64,000 nucleotides of DNA from an uncultured Methanosarcinaceae archaeon. Lineage in GTDB: Archaea; Halobacteriota; Methanosarcinia; Methanosarcinales; Methanosarcinaceae. Of this stretch, positions 21,439-32,346 are shown piece by piece (position 1 is the stretch's first letter; each line of letters starts with the position of its first letter). The position numbers and the translations under genes are program-made. The notes beneath the pieces were generated by a model that saw only the letters and a list, made by a program, of their open reading frames with translations, did not search any database and was not told where the DNA came from. Location of the stretch: positions 1-64,000 of the forward strand of contig CAVRJG010000045.1 of NCBI GenBank assembly GCA_963721455.1, in the 5' to 3' direction.

Positions 21439-22344
21439 ATGTATACTCTTACCGGACTTGAACTGAAAAATCCGACCATTCTTGCAGCCGGGGTGCTTGG
21501 CACAACAGGGGCATCCCTTTGCAGGGTCGCACGTGACGGAGGTGCAGGCGCAGTTGTGACCAAGTCCATAGGTCCTGCGCCTAAAACCGGGCACTCCAAC
21601 CCGAGCATGGTCAAACTCGACTGTGGTTTTTTGAATGCTATGGGACTTCCGAACCCTTCCTATCCAGGCTTCCTGCAGGAACTCGAGATCGCAAAAAAGG
21701 ACTCAGGGGTTCCGGTAATTGCAAGCATTTTCGGCGGGAATCCTGCCGAATTTAAAGAAGTTGCTGAAGGCCTGCTTCCTGCAAAACCCGATGCTTTCGA
21801 GCTTAATGTGAGCTGTCCCCATGCAGAGGGATACGGGGCTGCTGTCGGTTCGAACCCCTGCCTTGTAGAAGCCGTCACAGCGGCAGTAAAAGATGTGGTA
21901 AACGTACCTGTCTGGGTCAAGCTCACTCCCAATGTTTCTGACATTACGTGCATAGGGACTGCGGCTGAGTCAGGGGGCGCGGATGCGGTTGTTGCAATCA
22001 ATACCTTAAAAGGGATGGCTATAGATATCGAGTCAGGGTATCCTGTCCTGGGAAACCGTTCAGGCGGGCTATCAGGAAAAGCTGTTAAGCCTGTGGCTGT
22101 CAAATGCGTTTACGACCTTTATACCGCCCTGGAAATCCCTGTAATAGGGGTAGGAGGGGTATCCTCCTGGCAGGATGCTGTAGAAATGATGATGGCAGGG
22201 GCGGCGGCTGTCCAGGTCGGGTCTGCAGTGTATGACAGGGTTGACATATTCTCCGAAATCAGTACAGGGATCGAAGCTTTCCTGCAGAGGAAAGGCTATT
22301 CGAATGTGAAAAAATTAATAGGGCTTTCCCATGAGATGGTCTGA
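21439..22344 (+). CDS. pyrD: Dihydroorotate dehydrogenase, family 1B catalytic subunit
   Basis: [27 protein letters not shown]. Confidence 0.95.
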   Translation: MYTLTGLELKNPTILAAGVLGTTGASLCRVARDGGAGAVVTKSIGPAPKTGHSNPSMVKLDCGFLNAMGLPNPSYPGFLQELEIAKKDSGVPVIASIFGGNPAEFKEVAEGLLPAKPDAFELNVSCPHAEGYGAAVGSNPCLVEAVTAAVKDVVNVPVWVKLTPNVSDITCIGTAAESGGADAVVAINTLKGMAIDIESGYPVLGNRSGGLSGKAVKPVAVKCVYDLYTALEIPVIGVGGVSSWQDAVEMMMAGAAAVQVGSAVYDRVDIFSEISTGIEAFLQRKGYSNVKKLIGLSHEMV

Positions 22345-23123
22345 TGCTACCTCTTAATGCTACAATAGTACGGATAATTGAAGAGTCTCCTTCTGTCAGG
22401 ACTTTCTTCTTTGATCTCCAGTTTGAGACTATGGAGCCCGGCCAGTTTGTAATGGTCTGGGTCAGGGGCGTGGATGAAGTGCCCATGGGCCTCTCCAGAA
22501 AAAACTCTATTACTGTCCAGAAAGTAGGAGAGGCAACCTCGAAACTTTTTGAGTTGAAAGAAGGGGATTCTTTCGGGCTTCGTGGGCCTTTCGGAAGGGG
22601 CTTTTCTCTCCCTTCTCAGGGTGAAAAAATTCTGATTATTGCAGGCGGTGTAGGATCGGCACCTCTTGCTCCTTATGCAGATGCAGCCCGTATCGCAGGC
22701 TCTGAGGTGCACACTGTCCTTGGAGCGCGGAGTGCAGGCGACCTGATTTTTGAAGAGCGCTTTGCAGAGGCAGGGAAAGTTTACGTGTCTACGGATGACG
22801 GCTCAAAAGGGACAAAGGGTTTTGTGACCGATGTCCTCAGCGGCCTCAACCTTTCAATTTATGACAGGATCGCTGTCTGCGGCCCGGAAATAATGATGGC
22901 ATCTGTTTTCAGGCTCCTTGAGGACAGAGAGATTCTTGAAAAGGCAGAATTCAGCCTCCACCGCTATTTCAAATGCGGCATCGGAGTCTGCGGGGCATGC
23001 TGCATAGACCGGTCCGGGCTCAGGGTTTGCAAGGACGGGCCTGTGTTTTCAGGCGTGCAGCTCCTTGATTCCGAACTCGGGAAATATGCACGGGATGCCA
23101 GTGGGCGAAGAGTTAAAATTTAA
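22344..23123 (+). CDS. pyrK: Dihydroorotate dehydrogenase electron transfer subunit
   Basis: [22 protein letters not shown]...VCKDGPVF [2Fe-2S] motif. Confidence 0.94.
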   Translation: MLPLNATIVRIIEESPSVRTFFFDLQFETMEPGQFVMVWVRGVDEVPMGLSRKNSITVQKVGEATSKLFELKEGDSFGLRGPFGRGFSLPSQGEKILIIAGGVGSAPLAPYADAARIAGSEVHTVLGARSAGDLIFEERFAEAGKVYVSTDDGSKGTKGFVTDVLSGLNLSIYDRIAVCGPEIMMASVFRLLEDREILEKAEFSLHRYFKCGIGVCGACCIDRSGLRVCKDGPVFSGVQLLDSELGKYARDASGRRVKI

Positions 23124-23196
23124 GTTTTGATATATCCTTTAAAAAAATGAAAGAACGAAGGCGGAAAGATCCCGAAAAGCAGGAGAAGGCAAAGAT

Positions 23197-23931
23197 ATGA
23201 TTGGAAGATTCAGATCAGGAGATGAGATTTTTTATGGAGAGATCGAAAGTGGGCGCGTATATCCTAAAGGAGGGGTTTCCGCAGGGATCTTTGAGCTTCA
23301 GGAACTACGCATCCTCCCGCCTGCGTCTCCCTCCAAAATCGTATGTGTTGGCCTGAATTACCGGGACCATGCCGAAGAACTGTCCATGGAAGTCCCGGAG
23401 ACTCCGGTTCTCTTTTTAAAGCCTCCGTCAGCGATTATAGGGCATGAAGACAAGATAATTTACCCGGCATCCAGCTCCAGAGTGGAACATGAGGCAGAAC
23501 TCGCAGTCGTTATCGGCAAACGGTGTAAGAATATTTCAGCCTCAAAGGCCGAGGACGTAATTGTGGGTTATACCTGTTTCAATGATGTGACCGCACGGGA
23601 CCTCCAGCAAAAGGATGGGCAGTGGACCAGGGCAAAGAGCTTTGACACCTTTGCTGCCTTCGGGCCTTATCTTGCCTCTTCCGAAGAGCTGGATATTACG
23701 GATGCAAAAATTGCATGCAGGGTAAATGGGGAAACCAGACAGGATTCCAGTACTTCAAACCTTATTTTTGACATTCCTTACCTTATTGAATTTATCACCG
23801 AGATCATGACCCTGGAAGTAGGAGACGTTATTACCACAGGGACGCCCCCTGGCGTTGGAGAAATGCAGCGTGGGGATACTGTCGAAGTGGAAATCCAGGG
23901 AATCGGAATACTTAGAAACGAGGTTGTCTGA
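23197..23931 (+). CDS. Fumarylacetoacetate hydrolase family protein
   Basis: KIVCVGLNY..H, HEAEL, NDVTARD, KSFDTF, TGTPPGVG. Confidence 0.92.
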   Translation: MIGRFRSGDEIFYGEIESGRVYPKGGVSAGIFELQELRILPPASPSKIVCVGLNYRDHAEELSMEVPETPVLFLKPPSAIIGHEDKIIYPASSSRVEHEAELAVVIGKRCKNISASKAEDVIVGYTCFNDVTARDLQQKDGQWTRAKSFDTFAAFGPYLASSEELDITDAKIACRVNGETRQDSSTSNLIFDIPYLIEFITEIMTLEVGDVITTGTPPGVGEMQRGDTVEVEIQGIGILRNEVV

Positions 23932-24236
23932 TGCTGCTTGAGCATATTGGAACCGAACTTGACCTTACCGAGCGCCATCTTCTGGTGCTCAAAAAAGTGA
24001 TTGAAGAAGCTCCTATCGGAATTCTGAAACTTGCAGAAGTTACCGGAATGCAGAACCATAAAGTGCGTTACTCTCTCAGGATCCTTGAGCAGGCTAACCT
24101 TATCAAGCCTTCGTCCCAGGGTGCGGTACCTGGAGATGCAGTTCCCAAATTCCTGCAGGACTTTGAGCGCGAGCTTGGAAAAATCAATGACAAAGTGTCC
24201 CGTATCCGGGAAATCGAAGCTTCCATCCCGAAATAA
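23931..24236 (+). CDS. Conserved archaeal winged-helix protein
   Basis: PIGILKLAE...HKVRYSLRILEQ HTH-like segment; TGATG coupling to the upstream gene. Confidence 0.7.
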   Translation: MLLEHIGTELDLTERHLLVLKKVIEEAPIGILKLAEVTGMQNHKVRYSLRILEQANLIKPSSQGAVPGDAVPKFLQDFERELGKINDKVSRIREIEASIPK

Positions 24237-24489
24237 AGGCTCCTGCGTGCAGGGAATCTTTTTTGGAATGCCTTTTTTCAATTTATTCCGGGAATTTCGG
24301 GGCTTCGGTGACTTTTTATAACCCTATTTACATGTTTTTCCGCAATCATCGGATTCAGCGCATCTCATGGAATATTCACTTTTCCGTGAGCTCCACTTAT
24401 CCACTAACATTGAATAATCCACTAACATTGAATTGAATTTGTCTGACATTCTTAATCATTCAATCCAGTTTATTTTTGGAGAAGCGTCT

Positions 24490-26205
24490 ATGACCTTAAG
24501 TCCTGAAGACCTTAAAACAATAGAAAAATATGCCTTTCAAAACGCTGTAAAATACGGGAAAGCCCCTCAGCCTAAAGCTGTTATGGGCAAGGTAATGGGG
24601 GAGTGCCCTCAACTCAGGTCCGATCCCGGTGCAGTATCCGAGGCTCTTGAATCCATTGTTTCCGAAATTGCTAAAGGAAACCCTGAAGCCTGGGAAGCCC
24701 GGCTTTCTGAAATTGCACCCGAGCTTATAGAAGCTCTTAGCGTAAAGAAAGAGCCAGATAAAGGCTTAAAACCCCTCGAAGGAGCGGAACCCGGCAAGGT
24801 TGTAATGCGTTTTGCCCCTAACCCCAATGGGCCTGGAACCCTGGGCAGCGCAAGAGGCATGGTAGTTAATTCCGAATATGTGAAAATTTACAACGGAAAA
24901 TTCATCCTGCGTTTCGATGACACCGATCCTGACATAAAACGGCCTATGCTTGAAGCCTATGAATGGTACCTTGATGACTTCAAATGGCTCGGGGTTGTGC
25001 CTGACCAGGTGGTCTACGCTTCTGATCATTTCCCTCTCTATTACGATTATGCAAGAAAACTCATTGAAATGGGAAAGGCCTATGTCTGCTTCTGTACAGG
25101 AGAAGACTTCAAGGGATTTAAGGATGCCAAGCAAGCCTGCCCGCACAGGGATGTAAGCCCTGAAGAAAACCTCATGCACTGGGAGAAAATGCTTGCCGGG
25201 GAATATGAAGACCAGCAGGCCGTGCTCAGGATTAAGACTGATATAGAACACAAAGACCCTGCTTTGCGGGACTGGGGAGCATTCAGGATCAGAAAAATGT
25301 CCCACCCCAGAGCTGAAATCGGAAACAAATACATTGTCTGGCCCCTTCTGGATTTTGCAGGTGCTATCGAAGACCACGAACTGGGCATGACCCACATTAT
25401 CCGGGGCAAAGACCTTATAGACAGCGAAAAGCGGCAGGGATATATCTATAATTACTTCGGCTGGAACTACCCGAGGACAACCCACTGGGGCAGGGTCAAG
25501 ATCCATGAGTTCGGAAAGTTCAGCACCAGTACCCTCCGAAAAGCCATAGAATCAGGGGAATACAGCGGCTGGGACGACCCAAGGCTTCCTACAATCCGGG
25601 CAATCCGGCGCCGTGGAATACAGGCTGAAGCCCTCAAAAAGTTCTTGATAGAGATGGGAGTCGGGATGACTGACGTGAGCATCAGCATGGAGTCTCTTTA
25701 CGCTGAAAACCGCAAAATCGTGGACCCTATTGCAAACCGCTATTTCTTTGTCTGGAATCCGGTAGAATTGGAAATTACAGATGCAAAACCGACAGTTGCC
25801 AAACTTCCGCTTCACCCCACTGACCATGCAAGGGGTGTAAGGGAAATTGCCGTAGGAAATAAGGTGCTTGTCTGCATGGATGATGTCGAAAAGCTGGAAG
25901 TGGGCTCCGTACTCCGCTTAAAAGATTTCTGTAATATCGAAATCACTTCCCTTTCTCCACTTCAGGCAAAACTTTCGGATATTTCTCTTGAAGCCCTTAA
26001 AAAAGCAAAAGCAAAAATCCTCCACTGGGCGCCAGTTGACGGAATTTCCGTTAAAGTACGCGGCCCTGAAGGCGATATCGAAGGAGTCGGAGAACGCGGG
26101 ATTGCAGCCGAACTTGACAATATCATACAGTTCGAACGCTTCGGGTTCTGCAGAATTGATGCCGTAGATGAAGAAAAAGTTGTGGCTTACTTCGCCCACA
26201 AATAA
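24490..26205 (+). CDS. gltX: Glutamyl-tRNA synthetase (archaeal type)
   Basis: RFAPNPNGP, LRFDDTDP, THIIRGKD, WDDPRLPT, QFERFGF; ATG at 24490. Confidence 0.96.
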   Translation: MTLSPEDLKTIEKYAFQNAVKYGKAPQPKAVMGKVMGECPQLRSDPGAVSEALESIVSEIAKGNPEAWEARLSEIAPELIEALSVKKEPDKGLKPLEGAEPGKVVMRFAPNPNGPGTLGSARGMVVNSEYVKIYNGKFILRFDDTDPDIKRPMLEAYEWYLDDFKWLGVVPDQVVYASDHFPLYYDYARKLIEMGKAYVCFCTGEDFKGFKDAKQACPHRDVSPEENLMHWEKMLAGEYEDQQAVLRIKTDIEHKDPALRDWGAFRIRKMSHPRAEIGNKYIVWPLLDFAGAIEDHELGMTHIIRGKDLIDSEKRQGYIYNYFGWNYPRTTHWGRVKIHEFGKFSTSTLRKAIESGEYSGWDDPRLPTIRAIRRRGIQAEALKKFLIEMGVGMTDVSISMESLYAENRKIVDPIANRYFFVWNPVELEITDAKPTVAKLPLHPTDHARGVREIAVGNKVLVCMDDVEKLEVGSVLRLKDFCNIEITSLSPLQAKLSDISLEALKKAKAKILHWAPVDGISVKVRGPEGDIEGVGERGIAAELDNIIQFERFGFCRIDAVDEEKVVAYFAHK

Positions 26206-26443
26206 TTGCCGGGAAGCCTCTCCAAGGTCAGGAAAAGCTCTACTGAAGGTTCAGTTTACTGACAAAAGCACCCATAGTCCAACTTCGCGGAGATGGAGCT
26301 TTGGAGACGAAACATATTCAACCCAGAAGAATCCTGCACATACATACAGCAAAGCAGGGAAATATACTGTCAAGCTGACAGTAAAGAATACAAAAGGCAG
26401 TAACACTAAAACCGTTTCTGGATATATCACAGTGAAAAAGTGA
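26206..26443 (+). pseudogene. Orphan single PKD domain fragment
   Basis: ASPRSGKA.LKVQFTDKS...WSFGD...STQKNPAHTYSKAGKYTVKLTVKN...GYITVKK; no credible start or signal peptide. Confidence 0.75.
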
Positions 26444-26635
26444 GTGACCATCTTAAATTGAAAAACGATATAAAAGATCAAGGCTAAAGGGTGTGGGGGT
26501 CAAAAATCTGAAAAAACGAGCACATTCTCCTTGCTATCGGAATTTGAGAAAGGTCATTATGTTTATGTTTTTCAGTAACTGACCCGCACGACCCATTATA
26601 TTTTCCGGTTTTCGATCTCTATTTTTCTCTTATCT

Positions 26636-27733
26636 TTATCTTTTCCGCTTCAGGAAATAGGCCGTTCCCACAGCCGTCACTGCAATTCCAAACCCCGGGC
26701 CAGGAGCTCCGTTTTCTCCTGAAGCATTTTCACCGGTAGCGTTTTCACCTGCAGGTTCCGTTGTTCCTTCGGTTTCGTTTCCCGTGGTTTCTACGCCGGT
26801 TGCATTCTCCTCGCCTGCCAGGCCCTGTTCATAAGCACTGGTATTCAGTTTGCTTTCAAGGGTTTTAACGGCATTTGGGACTTTAGGGAAAAGCGGGGAC
26901 TTATCGGTTCCTCCGCCTGTTATGTTGTATGAAGAGTCACAAATCCCGTTGCTGTTTCCGTCCACGCATGTTTCGCTGTAACCCTTACCTTCAGGATCTG
27001 CCCAGAAGTTCCCGGCAATGTAAGGGCCCCGGACAATATTCTGTCTTGTTACGAGGGGACTCTGCCAGAGATTTTCCGCGTTTACGGCTTTTTCTTCGAC
27101 ATTTTCGGCGTTTTTGAAGTAATTGTTGAAGATAATATTCCTGCTGCTCTCTTCAAGGGAGATTCCGGGACCGTAGTTATAGGCAACTATATTATCCTCG
27201 ATAGTGTTCGAGTCTGAGCTTTCGAGCCTTATTCCATTTTCATTAAGGGAAATGATATTGTTGCTTAGGGTGTTGCTTTCGGAACCATTGAGGAGAATGC
27301 CGTATTCTGCCCCTTTGACCCTGTTGTTGTTGATATAGCAGCTTTTAACCCCTGTGAGTGAAAGCCCTGCTTTTTCAGAGCCTTCAATGCCAAACCCGCT
27401 GAAAGATGCCCTGTCTACGCTGATTTCAACGGCACTTTCTTTTGGGTCGGCTGCCCTGATGACTGTATTTTCAGGGTTCCTCGAGTCAGACCAGATTCTA
27501 ACTTCCCTGTCGATTTTGAGGTTTTCAACATAAGTTCCAGAGCTTACAAAAATAGTGTCTCCGGCTTTTGCGGCATCTACTGCGGCCTGTATGGAAATAT
27601 AATCCCCTTCTGTTGCAGAACTTACCCTTAAGTTTGCGGCAGAAACGACAGAGCATGTACAGATGACTGTTAGAACAATTGCAAATACTGTAATTTTAAA
27701 GGCTCTTAAATTCTTTCCTTTTACTCTTCCCAT
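26636..27733 (-). CDS. Cell-surface protein, NosD/CASH parallel beta-helix with PGF-CTERM anchor
   Basis: Signal peptide; SIQAAVDAA..GDTI; NN-rich repeats; GNFWA; C-terminal PGPGFG-hydrophobic-KRKR. Confidence 0.85.
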   Translation of the reverse strand: MGRVKGKNLRAFKITVFAIVLTVICTCSVVSAANLRVSSATEGDYISIQAAVDAAKAGDTIFVSSGTYVENLKIDREVRIWSDSRNPENTVIRAADPKESAVEISVDRASFSGFGIEGSEKAGLSLTGVKSCYINNNRVKGAEYGILLNGSESNTLSNNIISLNENGIRLESSDSNTIEDNIVAYNYGPGISLEESSRNIIFNNYFKNAENVEEKAVNAENLWQSPLVTRQNIVRGPYIAGNFWADPEGKGYSETCVDGNSNGICDSSYNITGGGTDKSPLFPKVPNAVKTLESKLNTSAYEQGLAGEENATGVETTGNETEGTTEPAGENATGENASGENGAPGPGFGIAVTAVGTAYFLKRKR

Positions 27734-27740
27734 ATTTAGT

Positions 27741-27805
27741 TCTCCATTTACCTTTTGAATCTCCCTTTACCTTTTGAATCTCACTTTACCTTTTGAATCT
27801 CACTT
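27741..27805. repeat. 19-bp tandem repeat (TCTCNNTTTACCTTTTGAA), about 3.5 copies
   Basis: Read directly upstream of the surface-protein start codon. Confidence 0.85.
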
Positions 27806-28226
27806 GTCCTTTAATCAGGCTTTAGTTTTTAGAAAAATTTAAGGCTTCCTTTTTTGAATTTCTATCTGCTTTTCATAAATAATTCTCTCAATACTTTGCC
27901 AAGAAAGAGATTTTATCCTGAAATTGATATATCTTTGGGATTGGGAGTTCTGAATAATTATCCTTAAATAATAGTTTAATATCCTCTACGATGGAAAAAA
28001 TTAATTTTTAATTATTCCTTATATTAGTCCGCAACTATCACTTTGCAGCTTGTCTAACTTTCATCGTCACATTATCCGGTTATGATTCTCGGAACAAAGA
28101 ATATAATCTCTAACCTGTTGTAAACGGCTGCGTTAATGAATCTTAAATAAAACCTTAAATACCGTAAAACCTGATATACTGCAAAAATTTAATTGTTTTG
28201 TTATTGTCTCGAATGGAGGCCTAAAA

Positions 28227-29597
28227 ATGGATGAGAAAATTGCGCCCCACCTTGAAGAGTTAACCAGGGCGCTTGGAGATCTTGAAAAGACTGGTATCCG
28301 GGCAGAGTTTGAGAAACTTCTTGCATTTCGCGTGCCGCCTCATGTTGCAAAAGAGAGTATCCTCCGCAAGTTCGGAGGAAAAAGGAAAGTCCTGAAGGTA
28401 AAAGACCTGTCTGCTAACCTGAAGAATTTCGAAATTACAGGCAGGATCCTGGACCTTGGGGAAAAATCAATCCGTCCTCAGGAAGGGGCTCATGAAGGAC
28501 TTTCTAAGCTTTATACCGGGGTTTTTGCGGACGAAACAGGTTCAGTGATGTTTTCTTCCTGGAAGGAGTTGCCTGGTTCGGTAGGGGATGTAGTCAATAT
28601 CAAAAATGCCTATACCCGCATCTGGCAGAACAGGATCAGGCTCTCTATCGGGGAACAATCTCTGGTGTCGAAAATTCCGGGCTCTGCGCTTCCTCCCCTG
28701 TCCGAACTTTCCGGGAGCCGGACAAAAAAGCTCATTGACATCGGAACTGCGGACTTTTCAGTCGGGACCGTAGCGTGTGTGCTTCAGCTTTCCCACAGGG
28801 AAGTCCTTGTAAGGGGGCGCCAGTCCAGGATGGTTTCCGGCGTGCTTGCGGATGAGACCGGCAGGCTGCCCTTTACGGCCTGGATTGAACTGGCTGGCAT
28901 TGATATAGGAAGCATAATCCGGATCGAGGGAGCTCAGGTCAGGATGTTCAGGGGAATGCCTTCAGTCAATATTTTGAACAGCACAAAAGTTTCTTCAGTC
29001 GGACCGGAAGAGGCCGGAAAACTTGCATTTACCTTCGAATCCGCAAGAAAAGATCCGGCCCCCCTGAAAATGGAAGAAATCGATTCAAGAGACAGCATGT
29101 TCGATGTGGCTGCTGCAGGCAACGTGGTTTCAGTCAGGCCGGGTTCAGGCATTATATCCCGCTGCCCTGAATGCAGCCGTGTAGTCCAGAAAGCGAACTG
29201 CAGGGTGCACGGTAAGGTAGAAGGCGTAAGGGATATGCGGATCAAAGCCGTACTTGATGACGGGACAGGGTCCATGTCAGTGATGTTCCCCAGGGAACTT
29301 GCAGAAATAATCTATGGAAAAACCCTTGAAGAGGCCGAACAGCTAATGTTTTCCGATGTCTCTAAAGATGCAGTCTACGAGGATTTAAGGCGTTTTCTCA
29401 CAGGCCGCTACCTTGCAGTACGCGGGAACTCTTCAAAAGGAGAGTATGGAATTTCTTTTGTAGCTGAAAATACATGGGTACCTGAAGATGACCTTGCGGT
29501 CAGGGTAGTGGAACTGCTTCGCAGGCTCGGGCCGGACGAAGGGTATGGACAGGACGGAGATTCACAGGTTTCGAGTGGAGGAGTCGGTCTTGCTTAA
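28227..29597 (+). CDS. Replication protein A (OB folds plus zinc finger)
   Basis: Repeated ADETG OB-fold motifs; RCPECSR...C.VHG; LDDGTG. Confidence 0.88.
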   Translation: MDEKIAPHLEELTRALGDLEKTGIRAEFEKLLAFRVPPHVAKESILRKFGGKRKVLKVKDLSANLKNFEITGRILDLGEKSIRPQEGAHEGLSKLYTGVFADETGSVMFSSWKELPGSVGDVVNIKNAYTRIWQNRIRLSIGEQSLVSKIPGSALPPLSELSGSRTKKLIDIGTADFSVGTVACVLQLSHREVLVRGRQSRMVSGVLADETGRLPFTAWIELAGIDIGSIIRIEGAQVRMFRGMPSVNILNSTKVSSVGPEEAGKLAFTFESARKDPAPLKMEEIDSRDSMFDVAAAGNVVSVRPGSGIISRCPECSRVVQKANCRVHGKVEGVRDMRIKAVLDDGTGSMSVMFPRELAEIIYGKTLEEAEQLMFSDVSKDAVYEDLRRFLTGRYLAVRGNSSKGEYGISFVAENTWVPEDDLAVRVVELLRRLGPDEGYGQDGDSQVSSGGVGLA

Positions 29598-30459
29598 GCG
29601 AGAAGTTGCAAAAAGGGTTTTCGCAAAGGAGTTTGAGGCCTGTAGAGAGCTTGAAAAATCAGCAAGGCCTGATTTTGATGCAGCGGACTCGAAAACCCCC
29701 AATCTGCTTATCAGCCCGCTTGGGCTTATTCTCAACCGCATTTTTGTGGTTGGAGTAATCACGGAACTTGACTGCATAGGGACGCAGAGCGAGATGTGGA
29801 AAGCGAGGATAGTTGATCCTACAGGCGCTTTTACGGTATACGCAGGGCAGTACCAGCCTGATGCATCTATTTTTCTCTCAACGGTCCAGATCCCTGCTTT
29901 TATTGCCCTCACAGGAAAAGCCCGGATCTACGAACCTGAACCGGGATCGGTTTTTGTTTCTATCCGGGCTGAAGAGGCAAATGTAGTGGACGGAGAAATC
30001 CGCAACAGATGGGTTGTGGATACCGCCGAACAGACAGTTGAGAGGCTTGAAGCCTTCTCGGATGCTCTGGCTAGCGGATATCATGGAGAGAAGCTCCGGG
30101 AATACCTTCAGGAGAAAGGCGTTTCTTTTGAGCTTGCGGAAGGGATTTCTATTGCGCTTGAACGGGAACGCTCTCCCGGGGAGTTTGCAAAACTGCTTCG
30201 GGCCTCCATCAGAGAAGGCCTGAGAACTCTGGATTTTGATTCAGGAGATAGTAGAGGGGCCAAAGCTGACCAGAAGGAATTTGTGCTCGAATTGCTCAGG
30301 GAAATGGGCGGAAGCAGGGGAGTTGACTATGCCGCTTTTATGGATACTGCGACGTCGAGAGGCATTCCTGAGGAGGTTGTGGAAGAAGTTATCCGTTCTC
30401 TCCTTGCAGGCGGGCAGTGTTACGAACCGAAGATCGGGATAATCAGGCTGGTAGGTTAA
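29590..30459 (+). CDS. RPA-associated OB-fold/winged-helix protein
   Basis: REVAKRVFA.E, NRIFVVG, DPTGAF.VYAGQYQP, CYEP; TTG at 29590 after GGAGGAG. Confidence 0.8.
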   Translation: MLKREVAKRVFAKEFEACRELEKSARPDFDAADSKTPNLLISPLGLILNRIFVVGVITELDCIGTQSEMWKARIVDPTGAFTVYAGQYQPDASIFLSTVQIPAFIALTGKARIYEPEPGSVFVSIRAEEANVVDGEIRNRWVVDTAEQTVERLEAFSDALASGYHGEKLREYLQEKGVSFELAEGISIALERERSPGEFAKLLRASIREGLRTLDFDSGDSRGAKADQKEFVLELLREMGGSRGVDYAAFMDTATSRGIPEEVVEEVIRSLLAGGQCYEPKIGIIRLVG

Positions 30460-30611
30460 TCGTGTAGGGGAGAAGAACCTCGATAAATATCAGGATGGGC
30501 AGTGTTTGCTTTGAAATTCGTGTGATAATGCTTAAGTGTGATTAAGTTGATTGGTATTCTCTGTAAAAATTTAATGTATCATGCTTATCATATTTATCTG
30601 GAGAAATTGAC

Positions 30612-32183
30612 ATGAAAGTATTGGTCAGCGACTCACTCTCCAACGAAGGTTTGGAGATTCTAAAAGAACACTTTACTGTTGACGTGTCCACCGGGCTGTC
30701 CGAGGACGAACTGGTGAAAAGAATCAAGGATTACGATGCCCTTGTAATACGCAGCGGTACCCAGGTCACTCAGAAAATTATCGAAGCTGCCGACAACCTG
30801 AAAGTTATAGGTAGAGCCGGGGTCGGAGTTGACAATGTTGATGTGGACGCAGCTACCAAGAAGGGTATCATCGTAACTAACGCTCCCGAAGGCAATATGA
30901 TTTCGGCAGCAGAGCACACCATTGCCATGATGATGGCAATGTCCCGGAACATCCCCCAGGCAAATGCGTCCCTGAAAGCCAGAGAATGGAAACGCAATAA
31001 ATTCACGGGCGTTGAAGTCAAAGGCAAGACCCTAGGAATCGTAGGTCTCGGGAGAATCGGCTCCGAGGTCGCAAAAAGGGCTTCAGGGCTTGAAATGAAC
31101 CTTATGGGGTATGACCCGTTCATTTCCGAAAAGCGGGCCGTCGAACTCGGAGTCAAGCTGTCTACAGTTAACGAGATCGCAAAAGATGCTGACTACATTA
31201 CAGTGCACACTCCCCTTATCAAGGAAACCAGAAATATTCTTGATGACGAGCAGTTTGCACTGATGAAACCCGGTGTCAAGATTCTCAACTGTGCTCGCGG
31301 CGGCATCATCAGCGAAGAAGCCCTGGCAAAGGCCCTGGCAAGCGGAAAAGTGGGCGGCGCAGCATTAGACGTTTTCGTTGAGGAGCCTCCCTTTAAAAGC
31401 CCTCTTCTGGATTTTGACAATGTCATAGTAACTCCTCATCTCGGGGCCTCCACGCAGGAAGCTCAGGTCAATGTGGCAATCGACATCGCCAGAGAGGTTG
31501 TATCCGTCCTTACTGGCGGGCTTGCAAGGAACGCAATCAATATCCCATCTGTAAAGCCAGAAGCCATGGCAGTCCTTGCTCCTTATATCAGGCTCTCTGA
31601 GATCATGGGCAAAATTGCAGGGCAGCTTGTTGACGTCAATTACGAAAAGGTAGAAATCGGGTACAATGGGGAGATTTCCGGTAAAGACACCAGGCCCCTT
31701 ACAGTTTCTGCTCTCAAAGGGCTGCTTGAAATGGCTCTTGGTGCCGGCGTAAACTATGTCAATGCCCCTACCCTCGCAAAATCCAGAAATATCGCAGTCG
31801 TAGAAAGCAAATCCGAGTCTTCCGAAGAATACTCTTCAACCATCAGTATAAGGGTTATTAGCGGAGGCCTGGCAAAGATAGTTTCCGGAACTGTTGTCGG
31901 GGATGAGCCAAAGATCGTTGCGGTTGACGAGGACAGGGTGGATATCTTCCCTGCAGGACGCATGATTTTTGCCAAACACGTCAACAAACCGAACGTTATC
32001 GGGCCTTGCTGCCTGGTTCTTGGCAAAAACAATATCAACATCTCAGGCATGCAGGTTGGCAGAGCCGAGATCGGAGGCGTGACCTTGATGGTTCTCAACG
32101 TAGACTCCGAAGTCTCGGACTCAATACTTGAAGAAGTCAGGCAGGTTCAGGGAATACTTAGTGCCAAACTCGTGACACTTTGA
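30612..32183 (+). CDS. serA: D-3-phosphoglycerate dehydrogenase
   Basis: RAGVGVDNVD, GLGRIG, NCARGG, TPHLGAST, C-terminal ACT domain. Confidence 0.96.
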   Translation: MKVLVSDSLSNEGLEILKEHFTVDVSTGLSEDELVKRIKDYDALVIRSGTQVTQKIIEAADNLKVIGRAGVGVDNVDVDAATKKGIIVTNAPEGNMISAAEHTIAMMMAMSRNIPQANASLKAREWKRNKFTGVEVKGKTLGIVGLGRIGSEVAKRASGLEMNLMGYDPFISEKRAVELGVKLSTVNEIAKDADYITVHTPLIKETRNILDDEQFALMKPGVKILNCARGGIISEEALAKALASGKVGGAALDVFVEEPPFKSPLLDFDNVIVTPHLGASTQEAQVNVAIDIAREVVSVLTGGLARNAINIPSVKPEAMAVLAPYIRLSEIMGKIAGQLVDVNYEKVEIGYNGEISGKDTRPLTVSALKGLLEMALGAGVNYVNAPTLAKSRNIAVVESKSESSEEYSSTISIRVISGGLAKIVSGTVVGDEPKIVAVDEDRVDIFPAGRMIFAKHVNKPNVIGPCCLVLGKNNINISGMQVGRAEIGGVTLMVLNVDSEVSDSILEEVRQVQGILSAKLVTL

Positions 32184-32346
32184 ATTTTCCCAGGCTTCGG
32201 CATCAATTCAGATAAGAATTCCGTGCCGGAGCATTTTAACCTTTTTCTGAAACTGCGCCCACGAAGCCAGCTATCCTGAAAACTGTTATACTATAAGCCT
32301 GTCATTAGACTCTCCTTCCCGTGTCAGCTTTTTAAGAGGGTAGTGA

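Noticed and set aside
24401-24433. Two copies of ATCCACTAACATTGAAT upstream of gltX
   Set aside because: Only two copies; short local duplications are common in these intergenic regions and no function is evident
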